A stretch of 64,000 nucleotides of DNA from the human T2T-CHM13v2.0 reference genome, Homo sapiens: assembly GCF_009914755.1 (NCBI RefSeq), contig NC_060940.1. One strand, given 5' to 3'. The notes under the pieces are model-generated. The model made no database searches, was not told the DNA's origin, and saw only the letters and a list, made by a program, of their open reading frames with translations. This document shows, piece by piece, positions 15,201 through 30,986 of the stretch (position 1 is the first letter of the stretch; each line of letters starts with the position of its first letter). The position numbers were made by a program, and so were the translations under genes.

Positions 15201-18200
15201 ATTCCGTTTGATGATTCCATTCTATTCTATTCGATGATGATTCCATTCGATTCCATTCGATGATGATTGGATTCGATTCCATTGGATGATTTCATTTGAT
15301 TCCATTCGTTAATGATTTCGATCAATTCCATTCGATGATTCCATTCGATTCCATTCGATACTGATTACATCCGAGTCCATTCGATGATTCCATTGGAGCC
15401 CGTTCGATAATTCCATTTGAGTCCAACCAATGATTCCATTCATTTCCATTCAATGATTCCATTCGAGTCCATTTGATCATTCCGGTAGGGTCCATTCGAT
15501 GTTGATTCCATTGGAGTGCATTCGATGATTCCATTCGAGTCCATTTTAGGATTTGATTCGAGTCCTTTCGATGATTCCATTCGATTCCACTCGATGATGA
15601 TTTCATTCGAGTCCATTCGACACTTCCAATCGATTCCATTTGATGATTCCATTCGAGTCCAATTGATGATTCCATTCAATTCCATTCGATGATGATTCCG
15701 TACGATTCCATTCTGTGATGATTCCATGTGATTGCATTCAATGATGATTCCTTTCGATTGCATTCGATTATGATTCATTTCGTGTTCATTCTATGGTTCC
15801 ACAGGTTTCCATTCGTGTCCATTCCATTATTCCATTCTATTCCATTTGATGATGATTCCATTCGATTCCATTCATTGGTGATTCCACTCAATTCCATTCA
15901 ATGATTCCATTCCATTTCTTTCAACAATGATTCCATTAGTTTCTAATCGATGATCCACTTGATTCCATTTGACGACGATTCCATTCTTGTCCGTTCGATG
16001 ATTCCATTTGATTCCATATGATGATGATTCCATTCGATCCCATACCATGATGATTCCATTCGAGTCCATTCAATGGTGATTCCATTCAATTCCATTCGAT
16101 GATTCCTTTCGATTCCATTCGATGATGATGGCATTCGATTCCTTTCAATCATTCCCTTTGATTCCATTCAAAGGTGATTTCATTCAAGTCCATTCGATAA
16201 TTGCATTCGATTCCATTCTATGATGATTCCATTCGAGTCCATTTGATGATTCCATTCAATTCAAGTCAATGATGATTCCATTCGATTCCATTCGATGATT
16301 CCATTGGATTCCATTCGATGATGATTCCATTCAAATCCATTCGATAATTCAATTCAAGTCCATTCGATGATGATTCCAATCGAATCCATTCAAAGATTCC
16401 ATTCAGTTCCATTCGATGATTCCCTTAGATTCCATTCGATGATTCCACTTGATTCCATTTACGATGATTCCATTCGATTCCATGTGATGATTCCATTCAA
16501 TTCTATTCAATGATGTCTCCATTTGATTCCATTCGACCATGATTGCCTTTGATTCCATTCAATGATTCCATTCGGTTCCGTTTGATGATGATTCCGTTCG
16601 ATTCCATTTGATGATTCCATTTGATTCCATTGGATGAGTCCATTCGATTACATTCGATGATTATTCCATTCGAGTGCATTAGATGATTCCATTCGAGTCC
16701 ATTCGATGATTCCATTCGATTCCATTCGATGTTGATTCTGTTCAAATCCATTCGATGATTCCACTCGATTCCATTCGTTGACTCCATTTGATCCCATTCG
16801 ATGATTTCCTTTGATTCCCTTTGATGATCATTCCATTTGATTCAATTCGGTGATTTCATTTGATTCCATTCAGTGATGTTTCCATTCGACTCCATTCGAT
16901 GATGATTCCATTCGACTCCATTCGATTATGATTTCATTCAATTCCATTCGATAATGATTCCCTTCGAGTCCATTCGATGATTCCATTCGATTCCATTCAA
17001 CGATGATTTGATTCGTGTCCATTCGATGATTCCATTTGATTCCACTTGATGATGATTCCATTCGAGTCCATTTGATGATTCCATTCAATTCCATACTCCG
17101 ATGATTTCTTTTGATCCCACTCAATGCTTCCACTCGATTCCATATGATGATGACTCCATTCGATGAAATTCGATGATGATTCCATTCGCTTGCTTTCGAT
17201 GATGATTCCACTTGAGTCCGTTAGAAGATTCTATTCAATTACATTCCATGACGATTCCGTTCGAGTCCATTTGATGATTCCATTAGACTCCATTCGACGA
17301 TGATTCCATTCGATGTTATTCGATGATTCCATTCGATCTCATTCGATGATGATTCCATTCAACTCCATTCGATGTTTCCATTCGAGTTCATTCTATTATT
17401 CCATTAGATTCCATTCGATGATGATTCCATTCGATTCCATTTGATGATTGCATTCTATTTCATTTGATGATGATTCCATTCGAGTCCACTCGATGATTCC
17501 ATTCGAGTCCATTTAATGAATCCATTGGTTTCAATTCTATGATGATTACATTGGATTCCATTCGTTGATGATTTCATTCGGTTCCATTCAATGATGATTC
17601 CATTCAATTCCTTTCAATGTTTCCATTCAATTCCATACGATGATGATTCCATTTGATTTGATTCGACAGTGAGCCATTCGATTCAATTCCATGATGATTC
17701 TATTTGATTCAATTGGTTGACATTTCCATTCGATTCCATTCGATGATGATTCCCTTTGATTCCGTTCAAAGATGATTCCATTCTAGCCCATTCAATCATT
17801 CCATTCGATTCTATTCAATGATGATTCCATTCATGTCGATTTGGTGATTCCATTTGACTTCATTTGATGATGATTCCTTTCAAGTTCATTAGATGATTCC
17901 ATTCGATTCCATTTGATGATGATCCCATTCGAGTCCATTCAGTGATTCCATTCGTTTCCATTCCATGATGATTCCATTCCTTTCCATTCAATGATTCCAT
18001 TCGATTCTGTTTGATGATGATTTCATTCGAGTCCATTTGATGATTCCATTTGATTCCATTCGATGATGATTCCATTCGAGTCCATTCGATGATTCTATTC
18101 GAATCCATTTGATGATTTCTTTTGATTATATTTGGTGATGATTCCATTGGAGTCCATTCAATGATTCCATTCTATTCCAATCGATGATGATTCCATTAGA

Positions 18201-18333
18201 GTCCATTTAATGATTCCATTTGATTCCAGTCTCTGATGATTACATTCGAGTCCATACGATGATTCCACTCAATTCCATATGATGATGATTCCATTTGATT
18301 CCATTCGGTGATTCCATTCTATTCTATTCAATG
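12222..18333 (+). repeat. 6.1 kb HOR unit 3 (6,112 bp, canonical)
   Basis: Landmark at 12222 and 18334; ORF 12313 maps to 18425 (+6112). Confidence 0.95.
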
Positions 18334-21300
18334 GTGATTCCATTCGAGTACATTAGATGATTCCATTCGATTCCATTCAATGATGATTCTATTTGTGTCC
18401 CTTAGATGATTCCACATGATTCCATTAGATGATGATACTATTTGAGCCCATCCAATGATTCCCTTCGATTCCATTCGATGAGGATTCCATTCGATTCAAT
18501 TCATTGGTGATTCTATTCAATTCAATTCTTTGATTCCATTCCATTCCATTCGACAATGATTCCATTCGATTTCTTTCGATGATTCCACTCGATTCCACTT
18601 GACATTGATTCCATTCGATTCCATTCAATGATTCCATTTGATTCCAGTGGATGATGATTGCCATCGATTCCATTCGATCACTCCATTCTATTCCATTTGA
18701 TGATGATTACATTCGATTCCATTTGATGATTCCATCTGATTCTATTCGAGGATTCCATTTGATTCCATTCGATGATGATTCCATTCGAGTCCATTCGATG
18801 ATTTCATTCGAGTACATCCAATGATTCCATTCGAGTCCATTAGATGATTCCATTTGATTCCATTTGAAAATGATTCTACTAGAGTCCATTCAATGACTCC
18901 ATTCGAGTCCATTCAACAATTCCATTCGACTCCATTCGATGATTCCATTCGATTCCATTTGATGGTTCCATTCGAGTCCATTTAATCATTACAGTCGAGT
19001 CCATTTGGTGATTCCACTGGATTTCTTTTGATAATGATACCATTCAATTACATTTGATGATGATCCCATTCAATTTCATTTGATGATGATTCCATTAGAG
19101 TCCATTCGATGATTTCATTCGAGTCCCTTCATTGATTCCATCCGATTTCATTGGATGATGACTCCATTCGAGTCCATTCGATGATTCCACTCGATTTCAT
19201 TAGATGACTCCATTGGAGTCCATTTGATTGTTCCATTCGATTCCATTCGATTCCTTTCGAAGATTATTCCATTTGAGTCCATTCGATGATGATTCCATTC
19301 CATTCCATTCGATGATTCCGTTTGATTCCATTCGATGATTCCCTTCGATTCCTTTCTTTGATGATTCCATTCCATTCCATTCAATGATTCCATTCGAATC
19401 TATTCCATGATGATTCCTTTCGATTCCATTCGCTGATGTTTCCGTTCAATTCCATTCGATGATGATTCCATTCGATTCCATTCATTGAGGATTCCATTGG
19501 ATTCCATTCAATGATGATTCCATTCTATTCCATTCAATGATTGCATTCAATTCCATTCAATGATTATCCCATTAGAGTAAACTCAACGATTCCATTCAAT
19601 ACCATTCGATGATGATTCCTTTTGAGTCCATTCAATGATTTCATTCAAGTCCATTTGATGATTCCTTTCAATTCCATTCTATGATGATTCCATTCGAGTC
19701 CATTCGATGATTCCATTCGATTGCATTCGATGATTCCATTATATTCCATTCAACGGTGATTCCATTCGAGTCCATTCCATGATTCCATTAGAGTACATTT
19801 AATGATTGCTTTGTTTTCAATTCGAAGATGATTACATTGGATTCCATTCTATGATACCATTCGATTCCATTCAATGATGATTCCACTCAAATCCATTGGA
19901 TGATTCCATTCGTGTCCATTCGGTGATTTCATTAGATTCCATTCGAGGATGATTCCATTCGATTCCATTCGATGATTCCATTCAATTCCATTCGATGATG
20001 ATTCCATTCCAGTCCATATGATCATTCCATTTGATTTCATTCGATGATGATTCCATTCGATTCGATTCGACGATTCCATTCTATTCCATTCGATGATGAT
20101 TCCATTCGAGTCCATTCGATGATTCCATTCGAGTCCATTTAATGATTCCATTGGGTTCAATTCAATGATGATTACATTGGATTCCGTTCTATGATTCCAT
20201 TCAATTCCGTTCATTGACAATTTGATTCCATTCGATGATGATTCCATTTGAGTTCATTCGATGATTCTATTCGATTCTCTTCGATGGTGATTCAATTCTA
20301 TTATATTGGATGATTCCATTCGATTCCATTCGATGTTGATTCAATTCGATTCTATTCGATGATGATTCCATTGGATTTCACTTGATGATTCTATTCGATT
20401 CCATTCAATGATGATTCACTTCTCGTCCATTGGATGATTCCATTTCATTCCATTCGATGATGATTCCATTCGATTCCATTCGATGATTCCATTTGATTCC
20501 ATGCGACGGTGAGCAATTCGATTCAATTCCATGATGATTCTATTTGATTCAATTAGATGATGTTTCCATTCGAATCCATTCCATGATTATTCCATTGGAA
20601 TCCATTCGGCGATGATTCCATATGAGTCAATTCAATGATGATTCCATATGTGTCCGTTCGATGATAATTCCATTTGATTTCATTCGATGCTTCTATTCTA
20701 TTCCAGTCGATGATGATTCCGTTGGAGTCCATACGATGATTCCATTTGATTTCATTTGATGATGATTCCATTCGATGATGATTACATTGGATTCCATTCT
20801 ATGATTCCATTCAATTCCATTCGTTGATGATTCGATTCCATTCAATGATGATTCCATTTGAGTTCATTCGATGATTCTATTCGATTCCGTTCGATGGTGA
20901 TTCAATTCTATTATATTGGATGATTCCACTCGATTCCATTTGATGATTATTCCATTGGAGTCCACTTAGTGAATCCTTTAGATTCTACTCGACGATGATT
21001 CCATTCGAGTCCATTCGATGATACCATTCAATTCCATTCGTTGATGCTTCCATTCAAGTGCATTTGATGATATCATTCGATTCCATTTGATGATAATTCC
21101 ATTTGATTTCATTCGATGCTTCTATTCTATTCCAGTCGATGATGATTCCGTTGGAGTCCATACGATGATTCCATTTGATTTCATTTGATGATGATTCCAT
21201 TCGATGATGATTACATTGGATTCCATTCTATGATTCCATTCAATTCCATTCGTTGATGATTCGATTCCATTCAATGATTATTCCATTTGAGTTCATTCGA

Positions 21301-24300
21301 TGATTCTATTCGATTCCGTTCGATGGTGATTCAATTCTATTATATTGGATGATTCCAGTCGATTCCATTTGATGATTATTCCATTGGAGTCCACTTAGTG
21401 AATCCTTTAGATTCTACTCGACGATGATTCCATTCGAGTCCATTCGATGATACCATTCAATTCCATTCGTTGATGCTTCCATTCAAGTGCATTCGATGAT
21501 ATCATTCGATTCCATTTGATGATAATTCCATTTGATTCCATGCGATGATTCTATTCGATTCCATTCAATGATAATTCCATTCAATTCAGTGATTCCTCTG
21601 GACTCCATTTGATGATGATTCCATTCAATGATTCCATTCGATTCTATTCGAAAATGATTCCATTTGAATCCATTTGATGATGATTCCATTAGATTCCATT
21701 TGATGATTCCATTCGATTCCATTCGACGATGATTCCATTCGATTCCGTTTGATGATTCCATTCTATTCTATTCGATGATGATTCCATTCGATTCCATTCG
21801 ATGATGATTGGATTCGATTTCATTTGATGATTTCATTTGATTCCATTCGTTAATGATTTCGATCAATTCCATTCGATGATTCCATTCGATTCCATTCGAT
21901 AATGATTACATCCGAGTCCATTCGATGATTCCCTTTGAGCCTGTTCGATAATTCCATTTGAGTCCAACCAATGATTCCATTCATTTCCATTCAATGATTC
22001 CATTCGAGTCCATTTGATCATTCCGGTAGGGTCCATTCGATGTTGATTCCATTGGAGTGCATTCGATGATTCCATTCGAGTCCATTTTAGGATTTGATTC
22101 GAGTCCTTTCGATGATTCCATTCGATTCCACTCGATGATGATTTCATTCGAGTCCATTCGACACTTCCAATCGATTCCATTTGATGATTCCATTCGAGTC
22201 CAATTGATGATTCCATTCAATTCCATTCGATGATGATTCCGTACGATTCCATTCTGTGATGATTCCATGTGATTGCATTCAATGATGATTCCTTTCGATT
22301 GCATTCGATTATGATTCATTTCGTGTTCATTCTATGGTTCCACAGGTTTCCATTCGTGTCCATTCCATTATTCCATTCTATTCCATTTGATGATGATTCC
22401 ATTCGATTCCATTCATTGGTGATTCCACTCAATTCCATTCAATGATTCCATTCCATTTCTTTCAACAATGATTCCATTAGTTTCTAATCGATGATCCACT
22501 TGATTCCATTTGACGACGATTCCATTCTTGTCCATTCGATGATTCCATTTGATTCCATATGATGATGATTCCATTCGATTCCATACCATGATGATTCCAT
22601 TCGAGTCCATTCAATGGTGATTCCATTCAATTCCATTCGATGATTCCTTTCGATTCCATTCGATGATGATGGCATTCGATTCCTTTCAATCATTCCCTTT
22701 GATTCCATTTCGAGGTGATTTCATTCAAGTCCATTCGATAATTGCATTCGATTCCATTCTATGATGATTCCATTCGAGTCCATTTGATGATTCCATTCAA
22801 TTCAAGTCAATGATGATTCCATTCGATTCCATTCGATGATTCCATTGGATTCCATTCGATGATGATTCCATTCAAATCCATTCGATAATTCAATTCAAGT
22901 CCATTCGATGATGATTCCAATCGAATCCATTCAAAGATTCCATTCAGTTCCATTCGATGATTCCCTTAGATTCCATTCGATGATTCCACTTGATTGCATT
23001 TACGATGATTCCATTCGATTCCATGTGATGATTCCATTCAATTCTATTCAATGATGTCTCCATTTGATTCCATTCGACCATGATTGCCTTTGATTCCATT
23101 CAATGATTCCATTCGGTTCTGTTTGATGATGATTCCGTTCGATTCCATTTGATGATTCCATTTGATTCCATTGGATGAGTCCATTCGATTACATTCGATG
23201 ATTATTCCATTCGAGTGCATTAGATGATTCCATTCGAGTCCATTCGATGATTCCATTCGATTCCATTCGATGTTGATTCTGTTCAAATCCATTCGATGAT
23301 TCCACTCGATTCCATTCGTTGACTCCATTTGATCCCATTCGATGATTTCCTTTGATTCCCTTTGATGATCATTCCATTTGATTCAATTCGGTGATTTCAT
23401 TTGATTCCATTCAGTGATGTTTCCATTCGACTCCATTCGATGATGATTCCATTCGACTCCATTCGATTATGATTTCATTCAATTCCATTCGATAATGATT
23501 CCCTTCGAGTCCATTCGATGATTCCATTCGATTCCATTCAACGATGATTTGATTCGTGTCCATTCGATGATTCCATTTGATTCCACTTGATGATGATTCC
23601 ATTCGAGTCCATTTGATGATTCCATTCAATTCCATACTCCGATGATTTCTTTTGAGCCCACTCAATGCTTCCACTCGATTCCATATGATGATGACTCCAT
23701 TCGATGAAATTCGATGATGATTCCATTCGCTTGCTTTCGATGATGATTCCACTTGAGTCCGTTAGAAGATTCTATTCAATTACATTCCATGACGATTCCG
23801 TTCGAGTCCATTTGATGATTCCATTAGACTCCATTCGACGATGATTCCATTCGATGTTATTCGATGATTCCATTCGATCTCATTCGATGATGATTCCATT
23901 CAACTCCATTCGATGTTTCCATTCGAGTTCATTCTATTATTCCATTAGATTCCATTCGATGATCATTCCATTCGATTCCATTTAATGATTGCATTCTATT
24001 TCATTTGATGATGATTCCATTCGAGTCCACTCGATGATTCCATTCGAGTCCATTTAATGAATCCATTGGTTTCAATTCTATGATGATTACATTGGATTCC
24101 ATTCGTTGATGATTTCATTCGGTTCCTTTCAATGATGATTCCATTCAATTCCTTTCAATGTTTCCATTCAATTCCATACGATGATGATTCCATTTGATTT
24201 GATTCGACAGTGAGCCATTCGATTCAATTCCATGATGATTCTATTTGATTCAATTGGTTGACATTTCCATTCGATTCCATTCGATGATGATTCCCTTTGA

Positions 24301-24874
24301 TTCCGTTCAAAGATGATTCCATTCTAGCCCATTCAATCATTCCATTCGATTCTATTCAATGATGATTCCATTCATGTCGATTTGGTGATTCCATTTGACT
24401 TCATTTGATGATGATTCCTTTCAAGTTCATTAGATGATTCCATTCGATTCCATTTGATGATGATCCCATTCGAGTCTATTCAGTGATACCATTCGTTTCC
24501 ATTCCATGATGATTCCATTCCATTCCATTCAATGATTCCATTCGATTCCGTTTGATGATGATTTCATTCGAGTCCATTTGATGATTCCATTTGATTCCAT
24601 TCGATGATGATTCCATTCGAGTCCATTCGATGATTCTATTCGAATCCATTTGATGATTTCTTTTGATTATAGTTGGTGATGATTCCATTGGAGTCCATTC
24701 AATGATTCCATTCTATTCCAATCGATGATGATTCCATTAGAGTCCATTTAATGATTCCATTTGATTCCAGTCTCTGATGATTACATTCGAGTCCATACGA
24801 TGATTCCACTCAATTCCATATGATGATGATTCCATTTGATTCCATTCGGTGATTCCATTCTATTCTATTCAATG
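18334..24874 (+). repeat. 6.1 kb HOR unit 4 (6,541 bp = 6,112 + 429-bp internal duplication)
   Basis: Landmark at 18334 and 24875; the marker ggagtccacttagtgaatcctttag occurs twice in this unit (~20957 and ~21386). Confidence 0.95.
20660..21537 (+). repeat. 429-bp tandem duplication within HOR unit 4
   Basis: The 20-mer gatgataattccatttgatt occurs at 20660, 21089 and 21518 (429-bp spacing) and the intervening sequence is repeated with a few substitutions. Confidence 0.93.
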
Positions 24875-27800
24875 GTGATTCCATTCGAGTACATTAGATG
24901 ATTCCATTCGATTCCATTCAATGATGATTCTATTTGTGTCCCTTAGATGATTCCACATGATTCCATTAGATGATGATACTATTTGAGCCCATCCAATGAT
25001 TCCCTTCGATTCCATTCGATGAGGATTCCATTCGATTCAATTCATTGGTGATTCTATTCAATTCAATTCTTTGATTCCATTCCATTCCATTCGACAATGA
25101 TTCCATTCGATTTCTTTCAATGATTCCACTCGATTCCACTTGACATTGATTCCATTCGATTCCATTCAATGATTCCATTTGATTCCAGTGGATGATGATT
25201 GCCATCGATTCCATTCGATCACTCCATTCTATTCCATTTGATGATGATTACATTCGATTCCATTTGATGATTCCATCTGATTCTATTCGAGGATTCCATT
25301 TGATTCCATTCGATGATGATTCCATTCGAGTCCATTCGATGATTTCATTCGAGTACATCCAATGATTCCATTCGAGTCCATTAGATGATTCCATTTGATT
25401 CCATTTGAAAATGATTCTACTAGAGTCCATTCAATGACTCCATTCGAGTCCATTCAACAATTCCATTCGACTCCATTCGATGATTCCATTCGATTCCATT
25501 TGATGGTTCCATTCGAGTCCATTTAATCATTACAGTCAAGTCCATTTGGTGATTCCACTGGATTTCTTTTGATAATGATACCATTCAATTACATTTGATG
25601 ATGATCCCATTCAATTTCATTTGATGATGATTCCATTAGAGTCCATTCGATGATTTCATTCGAGTCCCTTCATTGATTCCATCCGATTTCATTGGATGAT
25701 GACTCCATTCGAGTCCATTCGATGATTCCACTCGATTCCATTAGATGACTCCATTGGAGTCCATTTGATTGTTCCATTCGATTCCATTCGATTCCTTTCG
25801 AAGATTATTCCATTTGAGTCCATTCGATGATGATTCCATTCCATTCCATTCGATGATTCCGTTTGATTCCATTCGATGATTCCCTTCGATTCCTTTCTTT
25901 GATGATTCCATTCCATTCCATTCAATGATTCCATTCGAATCTATTCCATGATGATTCCTTTCGATTCCATTCGCTGATGTTTCCGTTCAATTCCATTCGA
26001 TGATGATTCCATTCGATTCCATTCATTGAGGATTCCATTTGATTCCATTCAATGATGATTCCATTCTATTCCATTCAATGATTGCATTCAATTCCATTCA
26101 ATGATTATCCCATTAGAGTAAACTCAACGATTCCATTCAATACCATTCGATGATGATTCCTTTTGAGTCCATTCAATGATTTCATTCAAGTCCATTTGAT
26201 GATTCCCTTCAATTCCATTCTATGATGATTCCATTCGAGTCCATTCGATGATTCCATTCGATTGCATTCGATGATTCCATTATATTCCATTCAACGGTGA
26301 TTCCATTCGAGTCCATTCCATGATTCCATTAGAGTACATTTAATGATTGCCTTGTTTTCAATTCGAAGATGATTACATTGGATTCCATTCTATGATACCA
26401 TTCGATTCCATTCAATGATGATTCCACTCAAATCCATTGGATGATTCCATTCGTGTCCATTCGGTGATTTCATTAGATTCCATTCGAGGATGATTCCATT
26501 CGATTCCATTCGATGATTCCATTCAATTCCATTCGATGATGATTCCATTCCAGTCCATATGATCATTCCATTTGATTTCATTCGATGATGATTCCATTCG
26601 ATTCCATTCGACGATTCCATTCTATTCCATTCGATGATGATTCCATTCGAGTCCATTCGATCATTCCATTCGAGTCCATTTAATGTTTCCATTGGGTTCA
26701 ATTCAATGATGATTACATTGGATTCCATTCTATGATTCCATTCAATTCCATTCATTGACAATTTGATTCCATTCGATGATGATTCCATTTGAGTTCATTC
26801 GATGATTCTATTCGATTCTCTTCGATGGTGATTCAATTCTATTATATTGGATGATTCCATTCGATTCCATTTGATGTTGATTCAATTCGATTCTATTCGA
26901 TGATGATTCCATTGGATTTCACTTGATGATTCTATTCGATTCCATTCAATGATGATTCACTTCTCGTCCATTGGATGATTCCATTTCATTCCATTCGATG
27001 ATGATTCCATTCGATTCCATTCGATGATTCCATTTGATTCCATGCAACGGTGAGCAATTCGATTCAATTCCATGATGATTCTATTTGATTCAATTAGATG
27101 ATGTTTCCATTCGAATCCATTCCATGATTATTCCATTGGAATCCATTTGGCGATGATTCCATATGAGTCAATTCAATGATGATTCCATATGGGTCCGTTC
27201 GATGAAAATTCCATTTGATTTCATTCAATGCTTCTATTCTATTCCAGTCGATGATGATTCCGTTGGAGTCCATACGATGATTCCATTTGATTTCATTTGA
27301 TGATGATTCCATTCGATGATGATTACATTGGATTCCATTCTATGATTCCATTCAATTCCATTCGTTGATGATTCGATTCCATTCAATGATGATTCCATTT
27401 GAGTTCATTCGATGATTCTATTCGATTCCGTTCGATGGTGATTCAATTCTATTATATTGGATGATTCCACTCTATTCCATTTGATGATTATTCCATTGGA
27501 GTCCACTTAGTGAATCCTTTAGATTCTACTCGAAGATGATTCCATTCGAGTCCATTCAATGATACCATTCAATTTCATTCGTTGATGCTTCCATTCAACT
27601 GCATTCGATGATATCATTCGATTCCATTTGATGATAATTCCATTTGATTCCATGCGATGATTCTCTTCGATTCCATTCAATGATAATTCCATTCAATTCA
27701 GTGATTCCTCTGGACTCCATTTGATGATGATTCCATTCAATGATTCCATTCGATTCTATTCGAAAATGATTCCATTTGAATCCATTTGATGATGATTCCA

Positions 27801-30800
27801 TTAGATTCCATTTGATGATTCCATTCGATTCCATTCGACGATGATTCCATTCGATTCCGTTTGATGATTCCATTCTATTCTATTCGATGATGATTCCATT
27901 CGATTCCATTCGATGATGATTGGATTCGATTCCATTTGATGATTTCATTTGATTCCATTCGTTAATGATTTCGATCAATTCCATTCGATGATTCCATTCG
28001 ATTCCATTCGATAATGATTACATCCGAGTCCATTCGATGATTCCCTTTGAGCCTGTTCGATAATTCCATTTGAGTCCAACCAATGATTCCATTCATTTCC
28101 ATTCAATGATTCCATTCGAGTCCATTTGATCATTCCGGTAGGGTCCATTCGATGTTGATTCCATTGGAGTGCCTTCGATGATTCCATTCGAGTCCATTTT
28201 AGGATTTGATTCGAGTCCTTTCGACGATTCCATTCAATTCCACTAGATGATGATTTCATTCGAGTCCATTCGACACTTCCAATCGATTCCATTTGATGAT
28301 TCCATTCGAGTCCAATTGATGATTCCATTCAATTCCATTCGATGATGATTCCGTACGATTCCATTCTGTGATGATTCCATGTGATTGCATTCAATGATGA
28401 TTCCTTTCGATTGCATTCGATTATGATTCATTTCGTGTTCATTCTATGGTTCCACAGGTTTCCATTCGTGTCCATTCCATTATTCCATTCTATTCCATTT
28501 GATGATGATTCCATTCGATTCCATTCATTGGTGATTCCACTCAATTCCATTCAATGATTCCATTCCATTTCTTTCAACAATGATTCCATTAGTTTCTAAT
28601 CGATGATCCACTTGATTCCATTTGACGACGATTCCATTCTTGTCCATTCGATGATTCCATTTGATTCCATATGATGATGATTCCATTCGATTCCATACCA
28701 TGATGATTCCATTCGAGTCCATTCAATGGTGATTCCATTCAATTCCATTCGATGATTCCTTTTGATTCCATTCGATGATGATGGCATTCGATTCCTTTCA
28801 ATCATTCCCTTTGATTCCATTCAAAGGTGATTTCATTCAAGTCCATTCGATAATTGCATTCGATTCCATTGTATGATGATTCCATTCGAGTCCATTTGAT
28901 GATTCCATTCAATTCAAGTCAATGATGATTCCATTCGATTCCATTCGATGATTCCATTGGATTCCATTCGATGATGATTCCATTCAAATCCATTCGATAA
29001 TTCAATTCAAGTCCATTCGATGATGATTCCAATCGAATCCATTCAAAGATTCCATTCAGTTCCATTCGATGATTCCCTTAGATTCCATTCGATGATTCCA
29101 CTTGATTGCATTTACGATGATTCCATTCGATTCCATGTGATGATTCCATTCAATTCTATTCAATGATGTCTCCATTTGATTCCATTCGACCATGATTGCC
29201 TTTGATTCCATTCAATGATTCCATTCGGTTCCGTTTGATGATGATTCCGTTCGATTCCATTTGATGATTCCATTTGATTCCATTGGATGAGTCCATTCGA
29301 TTACATTCGATGATTATTCCATTCGAGTGCATTAGATGATTCCATTCGAGTCCATTCGATGATTCCATTCGATTCCATTCGATGTTGATTCTGTTCAAAT
29401 CCATTCGATGATTCCACTCGATTCCATTCGTTGACTCCATTTGATCCCATTTGATGATTTCCTTTGATTCCCTTTGATGATCATTCCATTTGATTCAATT
29501 CGGTGATTTCATTTGATTCCATTCAGTGATGTTTCCATTCGACTCCATTCGATGATGATTCCATTCGACTCCATTCGATTATGATTTCATTCAATTCCAT
29601 TCGATAATGATTCCCTTCGAGTCCATTCGATGATTCCATTCGATTCCATTCAACGATGATTTGATTCGTGTCCATTCGATGATTCCATTTGATTCCACTT
29701 GATGATGATTCCATTCGAGTCCATTTGATGATTCCATTCAATTCCATACTCCGATGATTTCTTTTGAGCCCACTCAATGCTTCCACTCGATTCCATATGA
29801 TGATGACTCCATTCGATGAAATTCGATGATGATTCCATTCGCTTGCTTTCGATGATGATTCCACTTGAGTCCGTTAGAAGATTCTATTCAATTACATTCC
29901 ATGACGATTCCGTTCGAGTCCATTTGATGATTCCATTAGACTCCATTCGACGATGATTCCATTCGATGTTATTCGATGATTCCATTCGATCTCATTCGAT
30001 GATGATTCCATTCAACTCCATTCGATGTTTCCATTCGAGTTCATTCTATTATTCCATTAGATTCCATTCGATGATGATTCCATTCGATTCCATTTGATGA
30101 TTGCATTCTATTTCATTTGATGATGATTCCATTCGAGTCCACTCGATGATTCCATTCGAGTCCATTTAATGAATCCATTGGTTTCAATTCTATGATGATT
30201 ACATTGGATTCCATTCGTTGATGATTTCATTCGGTTCCATTCAATGATGATTCCATTCAATTCCTTTCAATGTTTCCATTCAATTCCATACGATGATGAT
30301 TCCATTTGATTTGATTCGACAGTGAGCCATTCGATTCAATTCCATGATGATTCTATTTGATTCAATTGGTTGACATTTCCATTCGATTCCATTCGATGAT
30401 GATTCCCTTTGATTCCGTTCAAAGATGATTCCATTCTAGCCCATTCAATCATTCCATTCGATTCTATTCAATGATGATTCCATTCATGTCGATTTGGTGA
30501 TTCCATTTGACTTCATTTGATGATGATTCCTTTCAAGTTCATTAGATGATTCCATTCGATTCCATTTGATGATGATCCCATTCGAGTCCATTCAGTGATT
30601 CCATTCGTTTCCATTCCATGATGATTCCATTCCTTTCCATTCAATGATTCCATTCGATTCCGTTTGATGATGATTTCATTCGAGTCCATTTGATGATTCC
30701 ATTTGATTCCATTCGATGATGATTCCATTCGAGTCCATTCGATGATTCTATTCGAATCCATTTGATGATTTCTTTTGATTATATTTGGTGATGATTCCAT

Positions 30801-30986
30801 TGGAGTCCATTCAATGATTCCATTCTATTCCAATCGATGATGATTCCATTAGAGTCCATTTAATGATTCCATTTGATTCCAGTCTCTGATGATTACATTC
30901 GAGTCCATACGATGATTCCACTCAATTCCATATGATGATGATTCCATTTGATTCCATTCGGTGATTCCATTCTATTCTATTCAATG
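24875..30986 (+). repeat. 6.1 kb HOR unit 5 (6,112 bp, canonical)
   Basis: Landmark at 24875 and 30987; ORF 24966 maps to 31078 (+6112). Confidence 0.95.
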
